A DNA stretch of 38,552 nt from Deltaproteobacteria bacterium (GTDB lineage: Bacteria; CG2-30-53-67), in NCBI GenBank assembly GCA_013151235.1, contig JAADIO010000016.1, positions 62,001 to 100,552 on the forward strand, read 5' to 3'. Positions 16,018 to 24,931 of this stretch are shown one piece after another (within the stretch, counting starts at the first letter, position 1; the number at the start of each line of letters is the position of its first letter). Position numbers and translations under genes: made by a program. A model generated the notes under the pieces. That model was not told where the DNA came from and ran no database searches. It was given only the letters and a program-made list of their open reading frames with translations.

Positions 16018-19000
16018 CTATTCCATCTTCTCGATCAGTCCATCCTTGGACAGCCGGTAGGCGTGGTTTCCGGAGAGACCGGCAATCTCCGCCGGCGTAA
16101 AATGTCCGGGGTGGTAATAGCAGATCTGGATAACCGGTTTTTTGCATTGTCGAAGAAAGTGGTCCATCTTTTTCTCAAAATAGAAGATCTCTTCCTTACC
16201 GTTTTCGTCGGAGAGGAGTCTTGACATGTCCCGGACAACAATTAGCCCCTTCCATGCGGATTGTGTGATCTGATCATAGAAGTTCCTGACACAGTTGAAA
16301 AGGTGCTTCCCGTCGCATTGTCCCTGGTGCAGAAGCGCGGTCCTGGCCGAGCTGAAAATCAACTGTTCCTTTTCCATCAATTCATAGGTCGGCAGGTTCT
16401 CGCCGGAAAGAATTTCCTTGGTCCGGTCAATATCCTCCGGAGACCCGAAGAAAGCGCAGGCAAAGTCACGGGCCAGGTAGCTTTTCCAGAGGGGAACGAA
16501 TTTTCGGATCAGGACATCGGTCTCCTCATGGACCTCAATGACGTGCTGTACGGAGACGGCGTGACGATCCAGCGGCAGCGTGAAGAAGAAGGTGGCGCCT
16601 TTCCCCTTGCGGCTCTGTACCCAAATGTTCCCGCCGTAATGTTCCACGATGTTCTTTACGACGGAGAGCCCAAGACCGCTTCCCTGGTTTTTCCGGATCG
16701 ACTTGTCCATGACCCTTCCGAACTTTTTGAAGAGCATGTCCTGGAACTTTTTTTCGATCCCCGGTCCGGAGTCACGGACGGAAAAACGGAAGAGGCGTTC
16801 TTCCCGAATCGTTTCAGCCCGGACGGAAATTTTGCCTCCCCGGGGAGTAAATTTGATAGCGTTGTCCATGAGGTTTGAGATGACCTGTTTAAGGCGTCCT
16901 GTGTCGGCCGTAAAGCCGGGAAGGTTCTCCGCTATTTCCGTTTCGAGATGAATCTTCTTTTCGCGCAGCCGGGAATCGAAGGTCTGAAGCATGTCGAGAA
17001 TCAGCGTATGTAAGTCGATTTCGTCTTTCTTGAAATCGACAAAACCTGATTCCAGTTTCGAAAGATCCAGGTAATCGTTGATCAGCTGGGTCATGCGAAA
17101 GCTTTCCTGTGTGATAATGCCGAGGAATTCTTGGCGCGTCTCCGGAGGTTCATCGGGATACTTTTGAAGCAGATCGGCGTAGCTGACAATGGAGGTCAGT
17201 GGTGTGCGCAGGTCATGGACGGCAATATCAATGAATTCCGATTTCTCCAGGTTCAACTCTTTCAACCGTTCATTCGTCAGCCGGAGTTCCGCATTGGCTT
17301 CCCGCAATTCCTGTACCCGTCGTTCTACTTCCTGTTCCATTCTGCGGTTTACATCCTCCAACTGTTTCAGGTATTTTTTTCGTTCCTCCTCAAGGGTTTG
17401 CCGGTCCGTGACGTCCTGGCGAATCTGGATCATGGAACAGGACCCGTCGGGGTTTTTCAAGGGGACGGAGGTCATCCGGTAGTATCGACCGTCTTCGTTT
17501 CTTTTGGTAACCTCAAAGCGAGTCTTCTTTTTCCCCAGGATCTCCGTGAGAGAGCAGACTTCATCTTTGCAGGATTCGTCGAAGCCGCGAAAGACCTTGT
17601 AGCATTTTCGTCCCACAATCTCTCCGAAGTGCCGCCGGATCGGGTCGTTTACGAATTCGATCTCATAATCCTTGTTGATGACACAGACCCCTTCCCCCAT
17701 ATTCATGAGGATCGACTCCATCCGTTCCTTCTGGTCCATGAGAGCCTCGGTGAGAGTGGTGACCTCCGTGACGTCGTTGATCGTTTCAATGATCTGTTCC
17801 ACCTTACCGTCTTCTCCGAAGAGCGGGATCGCGCTCACTTCGGCGATGATCCGGTTTCCGTTGTTGCTCCTCAAGCGATGCTGATACCGGGAGGGGAGTC
17901 CGTTCCTGATGATCTCATCGGTCGGGCAGTGTGTACAGGGTTCCTCTTGCCCGCGGAAAATCTTGTGGCAGGTTTGTCCATTTAGCTCCGCTTCGGAATG
18001 ATGAAGCATCTTCTGCAGGGCATGATTGGTGGAACGGATCCTGTGATCCGGGGTGATCACACAGATCCCCATACTGGCATTGTTTAGGATGGTTTCCAGG
18101 TAGGTGTGGGCCTGTGCCAGTTCCTGGTTGTTCTTTTTCAGCAGTTTTCTGGAGGTCTCCAGTTCCTGTGTCTTTGTTTCCAGCTCCTGATTCGAGAGGT
18201 TGATCTCTTCGTTGGTCGATTCAAGTTCCTCATTGGAAATCTGTAACTCCTCATTGGCGGATTCCAATTCTTCATTGCTGAGCTGATACTTTTCGTTGAG
18301 TTCCTCCAATTCCCGGTTGGCCCGGATTAAAGAAAGATTTTTTTCCGCCACGTCCTCCTGCGAACGTTTGAGAGTGTTGAGCATGTAGTTGAAGGCCCTG
18401 TGCAGTCCGCCGAACTCGTCTTTCCGGTCTTCCTTCAGATGAAACGAAAAATCTCCCTCACTGATCTTCTTAACGGCTGTCATCAGGTTGCGAAGCGGGG
18501 AGGCGATCGTCCTGGAGAAATAAAAGAAGCTGAAAGGAATGAGGAACGCGAGAAAGAGAGCGGTCAAGATTAATGTGGTCAGGAGCCTTGCATTCATTCC
18601 GGCTTCGGCCTTGCCGGCAAGATTCCGGGATTTCCGGAGGTTGGAGGTGATGCTCTGTAGTTGTTGTGATGCCTCCGCAACGGATCGGTTCAGGTCATGT
18701 AGTAGGATATTCCCCCGGGGATTCCCGGTCGGAGGAGTGTGCATGCGGAGTTGCTCCCCCGTTTGAATGATTTTGTTGAGAACGGCTACCAGGGATTGGA
18801 TCGGGGCCTGGTTCTCAGCCGGCCATGAATCGGTTTTTAATTGCCTGATGGCTTTGTGAAGAGCTCCGAGGTTTTGTCGTAATGCGTTCCCGTTGTCCGG
18901 ATTCCTCGACAGGAGAAAATCCCGGCAGGCGAAATCTGTTTGATGCAGGGTGTTTTTGATCTCTTCAATTTTCGAGAGAGATGCCTCCATCCGGTGCGTT

Positions 19001-19113
19001 TTTTGCTCTGCATGGGAGCCTTCCTGGAAGAAATAGAACGCAAGGAGCAACGTAACGCTCAACATCATTCCCATCGCGGCCAGTTCCAGATAAATTTTGG
19101 TCCGGATCTTCAT
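16018..19113 (-). CDS. Membrane sensor histidine kinase: TM-periplasmic helical domain-TM-HAMP-NEEL coiled coil-PAS-PAS-HisKA-HATPase-MEDS-like
   Basis: HAMP PLRNL..DEFGGL..AFNYM; H-box HDLRTPL; N-box NLMDNAIKF; G boxes DSGPGI and GSGLGL; C-terminal ICYY..F...NH. Confidence 0.9.
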   Translation of the reverse strand: MKIRTKIYLELAAMGMMLSVTLLLAFYFFQEGSHAEQKTHRMEASLSKIEEIKNTLHQTDFACRDFLLSRNPDNGNALRQNLGALHKAIRQLKTDSWPAENQAPIQSLVAVLNKIIQTGEQLRMHTPPTGNPRGNILLHDLNRSVAEASQQLQSITSNLRKSRNLAGKAEAGMNARLLTTLILTALFLAFLIPFSFFYFSRTIASPLRNLMTAVKKISEGDFSFHLKEDRKDEFGGLHRAFNYMLNTLKRSQEDVAEKNLSLIRANRELEELNEKYQLSNEELESANEELQISNEELESTNEEINLSNQELETKTQELETSRKLLKKNNQELAQAHTYLETILNNASMGICVITPDHRIRSTNHALQKMLHHSEAELNGQTCHKIFRGQEEPCTHCPTDEIIRNGLPSRYQHRLRSNNGNRIIAEVSAIPLFGEDGKVEQIIETINDVTEVTTLTEALMDQKERMESILMNMGEGVCVINKDYEIEFVNDPIRRHFGEIVGRKCYKVFRGFDESCKDEVCSLTEILGKKKTRFEVTKRNEDGRYYRMTSVPLKNPDGSCSMIQIRQDVTDRQTLEEERKKYLKQLEDVNRRMEQEVERRVQELREANAELRLTNERLKELNLEKSEFIDIAVHDLRTPLTSIVSYADLLQKYPDEPPETRQEFLGIITQESFRMTQLINDYLDLSKLESGFVDFKKDEIDLHTLILDMLQTFDSRLREKKIHLETEIAENLPGFTADTGRLKQVISNLMDNAIKFTPRGGKISVRAETIREERLFRFSVRDSGPGIEKKFQDMLFKKFGRVMDKSIRKNQGSGLGLSVVKNIVEHYGGNIWVQSRKGKGATFFFTLPLDRHAVSVQHVIEVHEETDVLIRKFVPLWKSYLARDFACAFFGSPEDIDRTKEILSGENLPTYELMEKEQLIFSSARTALLHQGQCDGKHLFNCVRNFYDQITQSAWKGLIVVRDMSRLLSDENGKEEIFYFEKKMDHFLRQCKKPVIQICYYHPGHFTPAEIAGLSGNHAYRLSKDGLIEKME

Positions 19114-19982
19114 GGTTTTTTCCCTTGAGTTGCTTTCTGATAAATTCTGTTTCTGGAGGAGAGTGTGACCAATTTTTTCTGCCGGAAGTGAGGGGGAGGA
19201 GATTCAGCTTTTCCCAGGACCAGAATCCCTTCGGGATTCAGATTCTCGTAAAATTTGCGGTAGATCTCTTCCTGGGCGGCACTATTCAGAAAAATAAGGA
19301 CATTTCGGCAGAAGATCAAGTCAAGATGGTTGATGGAGGCACCCTGCAGCAGATCGTGACGACCGAAGATAATTTGTTTGCGTACTTCCGGAACAATCCG
19401 GGCAACCTTTCCGGGAAGAAAATATTTTTTTCGGATTTTCGTAGAAAGGTTTGCCAGTGCCTCCGGAGGGTATTCTCCTTTCCGGGCTTGTGCAATGACG
19501 ATCTCGTCCACATCGGTAGCGAAGATCCGGACCGGATGAGTCGACAGGTTCGGCCGGACGCTTTCAAGAAGGGAGATGGCCACGGAGTACGCCTCCTCTC
19601 CCGTGGAACATCCGGTAATCCAGATACGGAATTCACGTTTCCGGAAAGATCCGTGTTGTTTCCAGAGTAACGGCAGGACATGTTCCTGGAGGAAGACAAA
19701 GACCTCGGGATCGCGAAAAAACCGGGTGACATGAATCGTTAAGTTGTTGATCAGGTTTTGGGGTGTCCGGTCGTCCCGTTCAATCAGATCCGAGTATTCC
19801 CGGTGGTTTTTCAGCCGGTTTTTCGTCAATTGCCGCCGAATCTGTCTTTGCAGGTATCCTTCTTTGTAATGATGAAAATCAACGGAAGTTTTCAAAGAAA
19901 GGCGATGAACCAGCTCGGACAGGGAACTCCCGGGGGGAATAGGCGGTACTTTGACCGTACTTGTCTGGTCTGAAAAAGACAA
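19110..19982 (-). CDS. cheR: CheR-type protein-glutamate O-methyltransferase
   Basis: TIHVTRFFRD, RIWITGCSTGEEAYS, IFATDVD, DLIFCRNVLIF, LGKAE. Probable TTG start at 19982 after AGAGG (track start 20027). ATGA overlap with the kinase. Confidence 0.9.
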   Translation of the reverse strand: MSFSDQTSTVKVPPIPPGSSLSELVHRLSLKTSVDFHHYKEGYLQRQIRRQLTKNRLKNHREYSDLIERDDRTPQNLINNLTIHVTRFFRDPEVFVFLQEHVLPLLWKQHGSFRKREFRIWITGCSTGEEAYSVAISLLESVRPNLSTHPVRIFATDVDEIVIAQARKGEYPPEALANLSTKIRKKYFLPGKVARIVPEVRKQIIFGRHDLLQGASINHLDLIFCRNVLIFLNSAAQEEIYRKFYENLNPEGILVLGKAESPPPHFRQKKLVTLSSRNRIYQKATQGKKP

Positions 19983-20029
19983 TGGTTTTTTTCCTCTTTT
20001 GTACCATTCTGAGACGATAGATATCAAAA

Positions 20030-20058
20030 ATCATTATATTTTGCAAGAATATAATGAT
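20030..20058. promoter_or_regulatory. 29-bp near-perfect palindrome between divergent operons (putative operator)
   Basis: ATCATTATATT-TTGCAAG-AATATAATGAT, with perfect 11-bp arms. Confidence 0.55.
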
Positions 20059-20135
20059 GGTGCATGTTTGTGCATAAAGGATTGACAGTTCCGGGGCGTT
20101 CAACTATTTTAAGGGCGGATGTGGTGGAGGTAGGC

Positions 20136-20810
20136 ATGCCCGGGGATCTTGGAAAGCAGATCGAAACACTCAGCCGGAAGCTTCAGTTAAGCGGGGAATG
20201 TCGGCGTATTTTTAATATCGGTATTCCTGAAGAAGATCTTCTTCTGACCCTGCAACGGTTGTACAAATGGCGGATGACCGCATCCATGAGGAAATGGAAC
20301 TGCTATCGGGAGGTGATCAACACCATTCGCGGCAATTCGGTCTTTTTGACTAATTTCCTCTCCGTTGATCTGTCTGTGCGGAAAAAGATGCTTGCGGCCC
20401 TTCATGCTCTCTATCTCATTCCCGATCTGAATTACCGGGACCGCCTGATTCTTCTGACAAAATTCGTCCTGGCCCAGATCAATCCCCTGGGCAATCCGGA
20501 AATGCGCCAGCTGGCGATCAACATGGTTCGGGAGTTTGTCCTCCATAAAAACCGGGAGATCCGCAAGGCCACTTTCCGGGGAATTACCTTTGAAGTGGCC
20601 CGCCTCCGGTTGAAGGGGGGCGGGTGGTATGTTCAGCCGCTGGTCGATATGTTGGTCGAAACCCTGAGAGAGAATCCGGAAACAAGAGAATATATCCGCA
20701 GGGAGTCGATGGAAATTTACTACACCCGGGAACAGCGGGATGTCGTCGATGACATCCTGGTGGCCGTGACCTTGAGCCTGTCTCCCGACAGAAAGGAACG
20801 GAAGCATTGA
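20136..20810 (+). CDS. Hypothetical alpha-helical protein
   Basis: GGAGG RBS before ATG 20136. Stop overlaps the next start. No recognised motif. Confidence 0.7.
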   Translation: MPGDLGKQIETLSRKLQLSGECRRIFNIGIPEEDLLLTLQRLYKWRMTASMRKWNCYREVINTIRGNSVFLTNFLSVDLSVRKKMLAALHALYLIPDLNYRDRLILLTKFVLAQINPLGNPEMRQLAINMVREFVLHKNREIRKATFRGITFEVARLRLKGGGWYVQPLVDMLVETLRENPETREYIRRESMEIYYTREQRDVVDDILVAVTLSLSPDRKERKH

Positions 20811-21559
20811 AACTGACCATCCTCGGTTCCGGAACAGGCTTTCCCTCCTCCCTCCGGGGAGGACCCGGTTATCTTGTGCAATCGGATGAAGAGATGGTCC
20901 TGATGGATCTCGGGATGGGGACTCTGTCCAAACTCCATGGCCTGGAGATTCCTCTGGACCGACTCGGTCCGATTCTGATCAGCCATCTTCATCCGGATCA
21001 TATCGCCGAACTGGTTTCGCTCCTCTTTGCTCTGAAGAATATCGTTATTTCCCGGAAGGTTCCTCTCCGGTTGATCGGCGGCCCCGGTTTAAAGGAACTT
21101 GTCCGTCGGCTTCAGGAGGTTCATGGACGGTGGATCCGGCCGGAACGGTTTGAACTTGAGGTCCTGGAGGTTCCGGAAGGGGAGATCTCCCTGGGGGAAC
21201 TTACCCTTCGGACGGTGCCGGTTGTTCATACGGAGGGAAGCATCGGTTTCCGCCTTGCCGCTCCGACCGGTGAATCCCTGGCCTACTCCGGGGACTCCGC
21301 CTTCTGTCCCGCCCTGATGGATCTCGTGCGGAATGTTGATCTTGCCGTCATGGAGTGTTCCTTCCCCGATGAACAGAAGAAAAAAGGACACCTCATCCCC
21401 TCGGAAGTGGGGAAAATCGCCGCCGGAGGCGGAGCAAAAAGGGTGGTGTTGAGCCACCTCTACCCGGAATGTGACGCAGTTGACCTGGCCGTCCAATGCA
21501 GAAGCCATTACAAGGGTGAGGTGATCGTCGCCCGGGATGGGATGGTCCTAACGGTTTGA
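20807..21559 (+). CDS. MBL-fold metallo-hydrolase, RNase Z/BN-like
   Basis: ILGSGT, SHLHPDH (HxHxDH), YSGDS, GHL, LSHLYP. Confidence 0.88.
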   Translation: MKLTILGSGTGFPSSLRGGPGYLVQSDEEMVLMDLGMGTLSKLHGLEIPLDRLGPILISHLHPDHIAELVSLLFALKNIVISRKVPLRLIGGPGLKELVRRLQEVHGRWIRPERFELEVLEVPEGEISLGELTLRTVPVVHTEGSIGFRLAAPTGESLAYSGDSAFCPALMDLVRNVDLAVMECSFPDEQKKKGHLIPSEVGKIAAGGGAKRVVLSHLYPECDAVDLAVQCRSHYKGEVIVARDGMVLTV

Positions 21560-21595
21560 TTTGATTTCACAAAACCTTTCGCTTATAATAAGAAC

Positions 21596-21856
21596 ATGAG
21601 TCGCGAAGTTTTAATCTATACCACTCCGGTCTGCCCTTATTGTGTTCGGGCGAAGGCCTTGCTTACCCGAAAAGGGGTATCCTTCCGGGAGATTGACATC
21701 TCCCGTGACCGGGATCTGGAGGCGGAAATGATCCGTCTCACGAAAAAGATGACGGTTCCCCAGATCCTGGTCGATGGTAATCCGATCGGGGGGTGTGACG
21801 AGCTTCATGAGCTTGAGCACCGGGGAGTGCTGGACGAGCTTCTGCAGGGCGGGTAA
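21596..21856 (+). CDS. grxC: Glutaredoxin 3
   Basis: CPYC, TVPQI, IGGCDEL. Confidence 0.92.
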   Translation: MSREVLIYTTPVCPYCVRAKALLTRKGVSFREIDISRDRDLEAEMIRLTKKMTVPQILVDGNPIGGCDELHELEHRGVLDELLQGG

Positions 21857-21876
21857 TTCTTCTGCGGGGATGCCTT

Positions 21877-22440
21877 ATGGATGAAACGCAATATTGCCTT
21901 TGCTGCGACGAAGATGTGCCGATCAATACGGTCTATCGTGACGGGAAGAAAGAGATTACATGCCTGTATTGCGGTTTCGTCCTCGGTTTTCAGGAAGAGA
22001 AGAAAGGGGCGTCCGCAAGCTGTATCCTGACGGCGGATGATTCAAACCTCATACGTAATCTTTTAACGGATATCCTGACGAACAAAAGGCTTGCCGAAGA
22101 TGTCTTATCCTTTGAAAACGGGATGACCTTTCTTGCGGAATTCAACCAACGGATCATCCGTCCGGACGGAGTGAGCCTCGTCATCCTTGATCTTCAGATG
22201 CCGGTTATGGACGGACTTAAAACGGCGCTGACCTTGCGGGCCGTTGAGACCAAACTACAGCGGGACAAAAAGACACCGATTATCTTTTTTTCGGCCCGGA
22301 AGTGTGACGAGGCATTAAAAAAACAGCTTGCCCGGTGTGCGCCGGCCGTCTATTTCAATAAGGGAGACAGCCCGGATCCGGCCAATCTTGCCGATCGTGT
22401 CGACCGTCTGGTCAACTACATACTCACCCGGAAAAAGTGA
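21877..22440 (+). CDS. Response regulator receiver protein with N-terminal zinc ribbon
   Basis: CLCC...CLYCG, then REC motifs ADDS, ILDLQMPVMDG, FSA, NKG. Confidence 0.82.
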   Translation: MDETQYCLCCDEDVPINTVYRDGKKEITCLYCGFVLGFQEEKKGASASCILTADDSNLIRNLLTDILTNKRLAEDVLSFENGMTFLAEFNQRIIRPDGVSLVILDLQMPVMDGLKTALTLRAVETKLQRDKKTPIIFFSARKCDEALKKQLARCAPAVYFNKGDSPDPANLADRVDRLVNYILTRKK

Positions 22441-22572
22441 GAATTCCGGTAGGCGTGCGTGCCATCCGCCCAGGATTTCCGCACATCTGATCGCCACACT
22501 TCATGATGGAGGAACAGGACCGAAGGAGCGTAAAGCCCCTGAGTCTCATTATTGCACAGCAAACGTCCCTCC

Positions 22573-23091
22573 CTAACCTCCCTCGATCGGTCCTCCCTCT
22601 TCCCAAAGAAACCAGTCGCCCGTCTCTTCGAGATAGTTCAGAGCATTCTGCAGAATCTCGTGATGCCGGCTCTCCTCTTTCGCAAGCATCTCAAAGAGTC
22701 GTTTTTCGTCGGCATCCCCGGAGGTTCCGGCAGATCTTTTATAAAATTCGTACCCTTTGTTCTCCATCTCAAGGGCGAATTTCAGCGCCTCCACATCCCC
22801 CGACTGTGAACCGAGGCGGGATGCCATATTCTGTCCGGCTTCTTCAAAAACGGTTTTCATCCGTTCCGCCGGGCCGGTTTCTTTGAGCTGAGTGTCGATC
22901 TTCAAGCCATGGGATAAGGCCTCGATCATGTCGTAGTGGCGTTTTTCATCTTTTACAAAAGAGAGAAACATCTTTCTACCCAGTTCGTTTTCCGTTTTTT
23001 TGCTGGCCTCCCGATAGAATGCCATGCCGTCCTTTTCCATCTTTAAGGCCACACTTAAAGCCTTGGTCATTGCCTGTTCTCTTTCGCCCAT
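22573..23091 (-). CDS. Rubrerythrin-like ferritin-family di-iron protein
   Basis: Duplicated MEKDG..FY / DEKRH and MENKG..FY / EESRH motifs. Confidence 0.88.
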   Translation of the reverse strand: MGEREQAMTKALSVALKMEKDGMAFYREASKKTENELGRKMFLSFVKDEKRHYDMIEALSHGLKIDTQLKETGPAERMKTVFEEAGQNMASRLGSQSGDVEALKFALEMENKGYEFYKRSAGTSGDADEKRLFEMLAKEESRHHEILQNALNYLEETGDWFLWEEGGPIEGG

Positions 23092-23229
23092 GGATATGTC
23101 TCCTCTGCAAAATTGGTTTCTTCAAACCTACCATATCCGGGGGAAAATGCAACCGGTGCTCTTTCCTTGCCTCAAAGAGAAAAAAATTGTATACCGATGC
23201 TGCACCGTATTCAAAGGAGCCTGATTCAG

Positions 23230-24309
23230 ATGCCCGATATTGGAAAGATCCGGTCCGCTCTTCTGCGATGGTACAAGACATGCGGACGGGACCTTCCCTG
23301 GCGCAGGACGCGGGATCCGTACCGGATCTGGGTCTCAGAGGTCATGCTGCAACAGACCCGCGTTGAGACGGTGATCGACTATTACCACTGTTTCCTGGAG
23401 GCCTTCCCCGCCGTGACCGCCCTTGCGGTTGCGGACCTTGAAGCGGTACTGAAGATCTGGGAGGGGATGGGGTACTATGCCCGGGCCCGCAATCTCCATC
23501 GCGGGGCGCAGGCGGTTGTGGAGAAATGGGATGGGGAACTACCACGCAATTTGCCGGACCTCCTTCGCGTCCCCGGGATCGGCCGTTCCACGGCCGGGGC
23601 GATCCTGAGCCTGGCCTTTGAAATTCCCACTCCGGTTTTGGACGGGAATGTAAAACGTGTTGTCGCCCGGCTTTTTGCCCTCCGGGGAGACCTGAAAAGA
23701 CCCGCCCTGGAGAAAAAACTGTGGAGATATTCCGAGTTACTGACGCCGAAGGGAAGAGTCCATCACTATACCCAGGCCGTCATGGACCTGGGTGCCATAC
23801 TTTGTACTCCCCGCAGACCGAACTGCCCCCATTGCCCCCTTCAAAATGAATGCCGGGCCTTCCGGTTGCAGTTGCAGGAAAAGATACCGGCACCATCGAA
23901 GAAAAGGAGTCTGCCCCATCATCACGTAGCCCTGGGGGTGATTCGCAAACGGGGACGAATCCTGATCTACCGGCGGCCTGTTGAGGGGCTCTTAGGGGGA
24001 CTCTGGGGATTCCCGAATTACAGGAGCCGGACGAAGAAAGGATTGTCTGAGGCCCTGGGTCAGGGCGTGCGGAAAGATTACGGGATCCGGATTGAATCGG
24101 GAAAACCTGTGGGGAGCCTCTCCCACGGCTACACCCACTTCACCGTGACCTTTCATCTCTTTGATTGTTCCTGCAGGGATGGAGAAAAGATCGTGAAAAG
24201 GGCTTTCCCGACCAAGTGGGTCTATCCTCGGGATCTTCGGGATTATCCCCTTTCCGCAAGCGACCGGAAGGTGATTAGAAAGCTCTCAGCGATCAGCTAT
24301 CAGCAATAA
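23230..24309 (+). CDS. mutY: A/G-specific adenine DNA glycosylase
   Basis: RDLPWR, WVSEVMLQQT, GYYARARNL, PGIGRSTA, DGNVKRV, CX6CX2CX5C, C-terminal NUDIX-like domain. Confidence 0.95.
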   Translation: MPDIGKIRSALLRWYKTCGRDLPWRRTRDPYRIWVSEVMLQQTRVETVIDYYHCFLEAFPAVTALAVADLEAVLKIWEGMGYYARARNLHRGAQAVVEKWDGELPRNLPDLLRVPGIGRSTAGAILSLAFEIPTPVLDGNVKRVVARLFALRGDLKRPALEKKLWRYSELLTPKGRVHHYTQAVMDLGAILCTPRRPNCPHCPLQNECRAFRLQLQEKIPAPSKKRSLPHHHVALGVIRKRGRILIYRRPVEGLLGGLWGFPNYRSRTKKGLSEALGQGVRKDYGIRIESGKPVGSLSHGYTHFTVTFHLFDCSCRDGEKIVKRAFPTKWVYPRDLRDYPLSASDRKVIRKLSAISYQQ

Positions 24310-24330
24310 GCAGAAACATAGATCTCATAT

Positions 24331-24516
24331 TTACATATCGGAGAAGAGCTTTCCCCCTTTGCCCCAATTCTCCCGTTCCACCTCATCGATGACGATATAG
24401 GTGTGTTCGCTCGGCTTTCCGGCGACCCGCTCTAAAGTGTCTGAGAACTCCTTGACGATCGTCGATTTCTGCTCTTTCGTCAGTTTCCCGAGAAGCTTGA
24501 GATTGATGTAGGGCAT
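24331..24516 (-). CDS. 4-oxalocrotonate tautomerase family protein (DmpI-like)
   Basis: MPYINLKLLGKLTKEQK...IVIDEVERENWGKGG with catalytic Pro1. Encoded on the minus strand (24331 begins TTA, i.e. TAA), although the track says +. Confidence 0.9.
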   Translation of the reverse strand: MPYINLKLLGKLTKEQKSTIVKEFSDTLERVAGKPSEHTYIVIDEVERENWGKGGKLFSDM

Positions 24517-24555
24517 GGTGTGACTCCGCTGATTGATGATTGTGTAAGGATTAAA

Positions 24556-24705
24556 TGGTGCCGAAGGGGGGAGTCGAAAATGCGCCGGCGACACTGACCC
24601 GGCGGATTGTTCCCGGGTCAGTAAGCCGAGATCAATGACCCCTTCCTGTCATTTCGAAACTTCGTACGTTTGCCGTACGAAGTTTCAACCCCCACGGGAT
24701 TGCTC
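24556..24705 (-). repeat. Duplicate of the tRNA-Leu 3' 40 nt, interrupted in the T-loop by a ~110-nt structured insert
   Basis: 24556-24578 equals 24767-24789, and 24687-24705 equals 24788-24806. Three hairpins lie between the two matches. Confidence 0.85.
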
Positions 24706-24735
24706 TTCCGGATATTTCAACGCGTAAGCAGGCGG

Positions 24736-24764
24736 AATATACAATGCTCGACAGCACAAGTCAA
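24736..24764 (-). promoter_or_regulatory. Sigma70-type promoter immediately after the tRNA CCA
   Basis: Minus strand TTGACT (24764-24759), 17 nt, TATATT (24741-24736). Confidence 0.6.
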
Positions 24765-24766
24765 TA

Positions 24767-24853
24767 TGGTGCCGAAGGGGGGAGTCGAACCCCCACGGGA
24801 TTGCTCCCACTGGTCCCTGAAACCAGCGCGTCTACCAGTTCCACCACTTCGGC
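24767..24853 (-). tRNA. tRNA-Leu(CAG)
   Basis: GCCGAAG acceptor stem, anticodon arm CTGGT-TTCAGGG-ACCAG, long variable arm, GTTCGA T-loop, encoded CCA; 87 nt. Confidence 0.97.
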
Positions 24854-24931
24854 ACGATGAGGATGATTGTAAGTTTCATTCTGCAGTGCAACAGATCTTA
24901 CTGAAATGATAGAGGTTTTGTCAAGGCAAAT

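Noticed and set aside
24331..24594. ORF track entry on the + strand, 87 aa
   Set aside because: The listed protein is encoded on the minus strand. The real gene is 24516-24331 (Met-Pro start); the extension runs into the tRNA duplicate.
24556..24705. Second functional or intron-containing tRNA gene
   Set aside because: The 5' acceptor strand, D arm and anticodon arm are missing, and the insert is too short for a group I intron.
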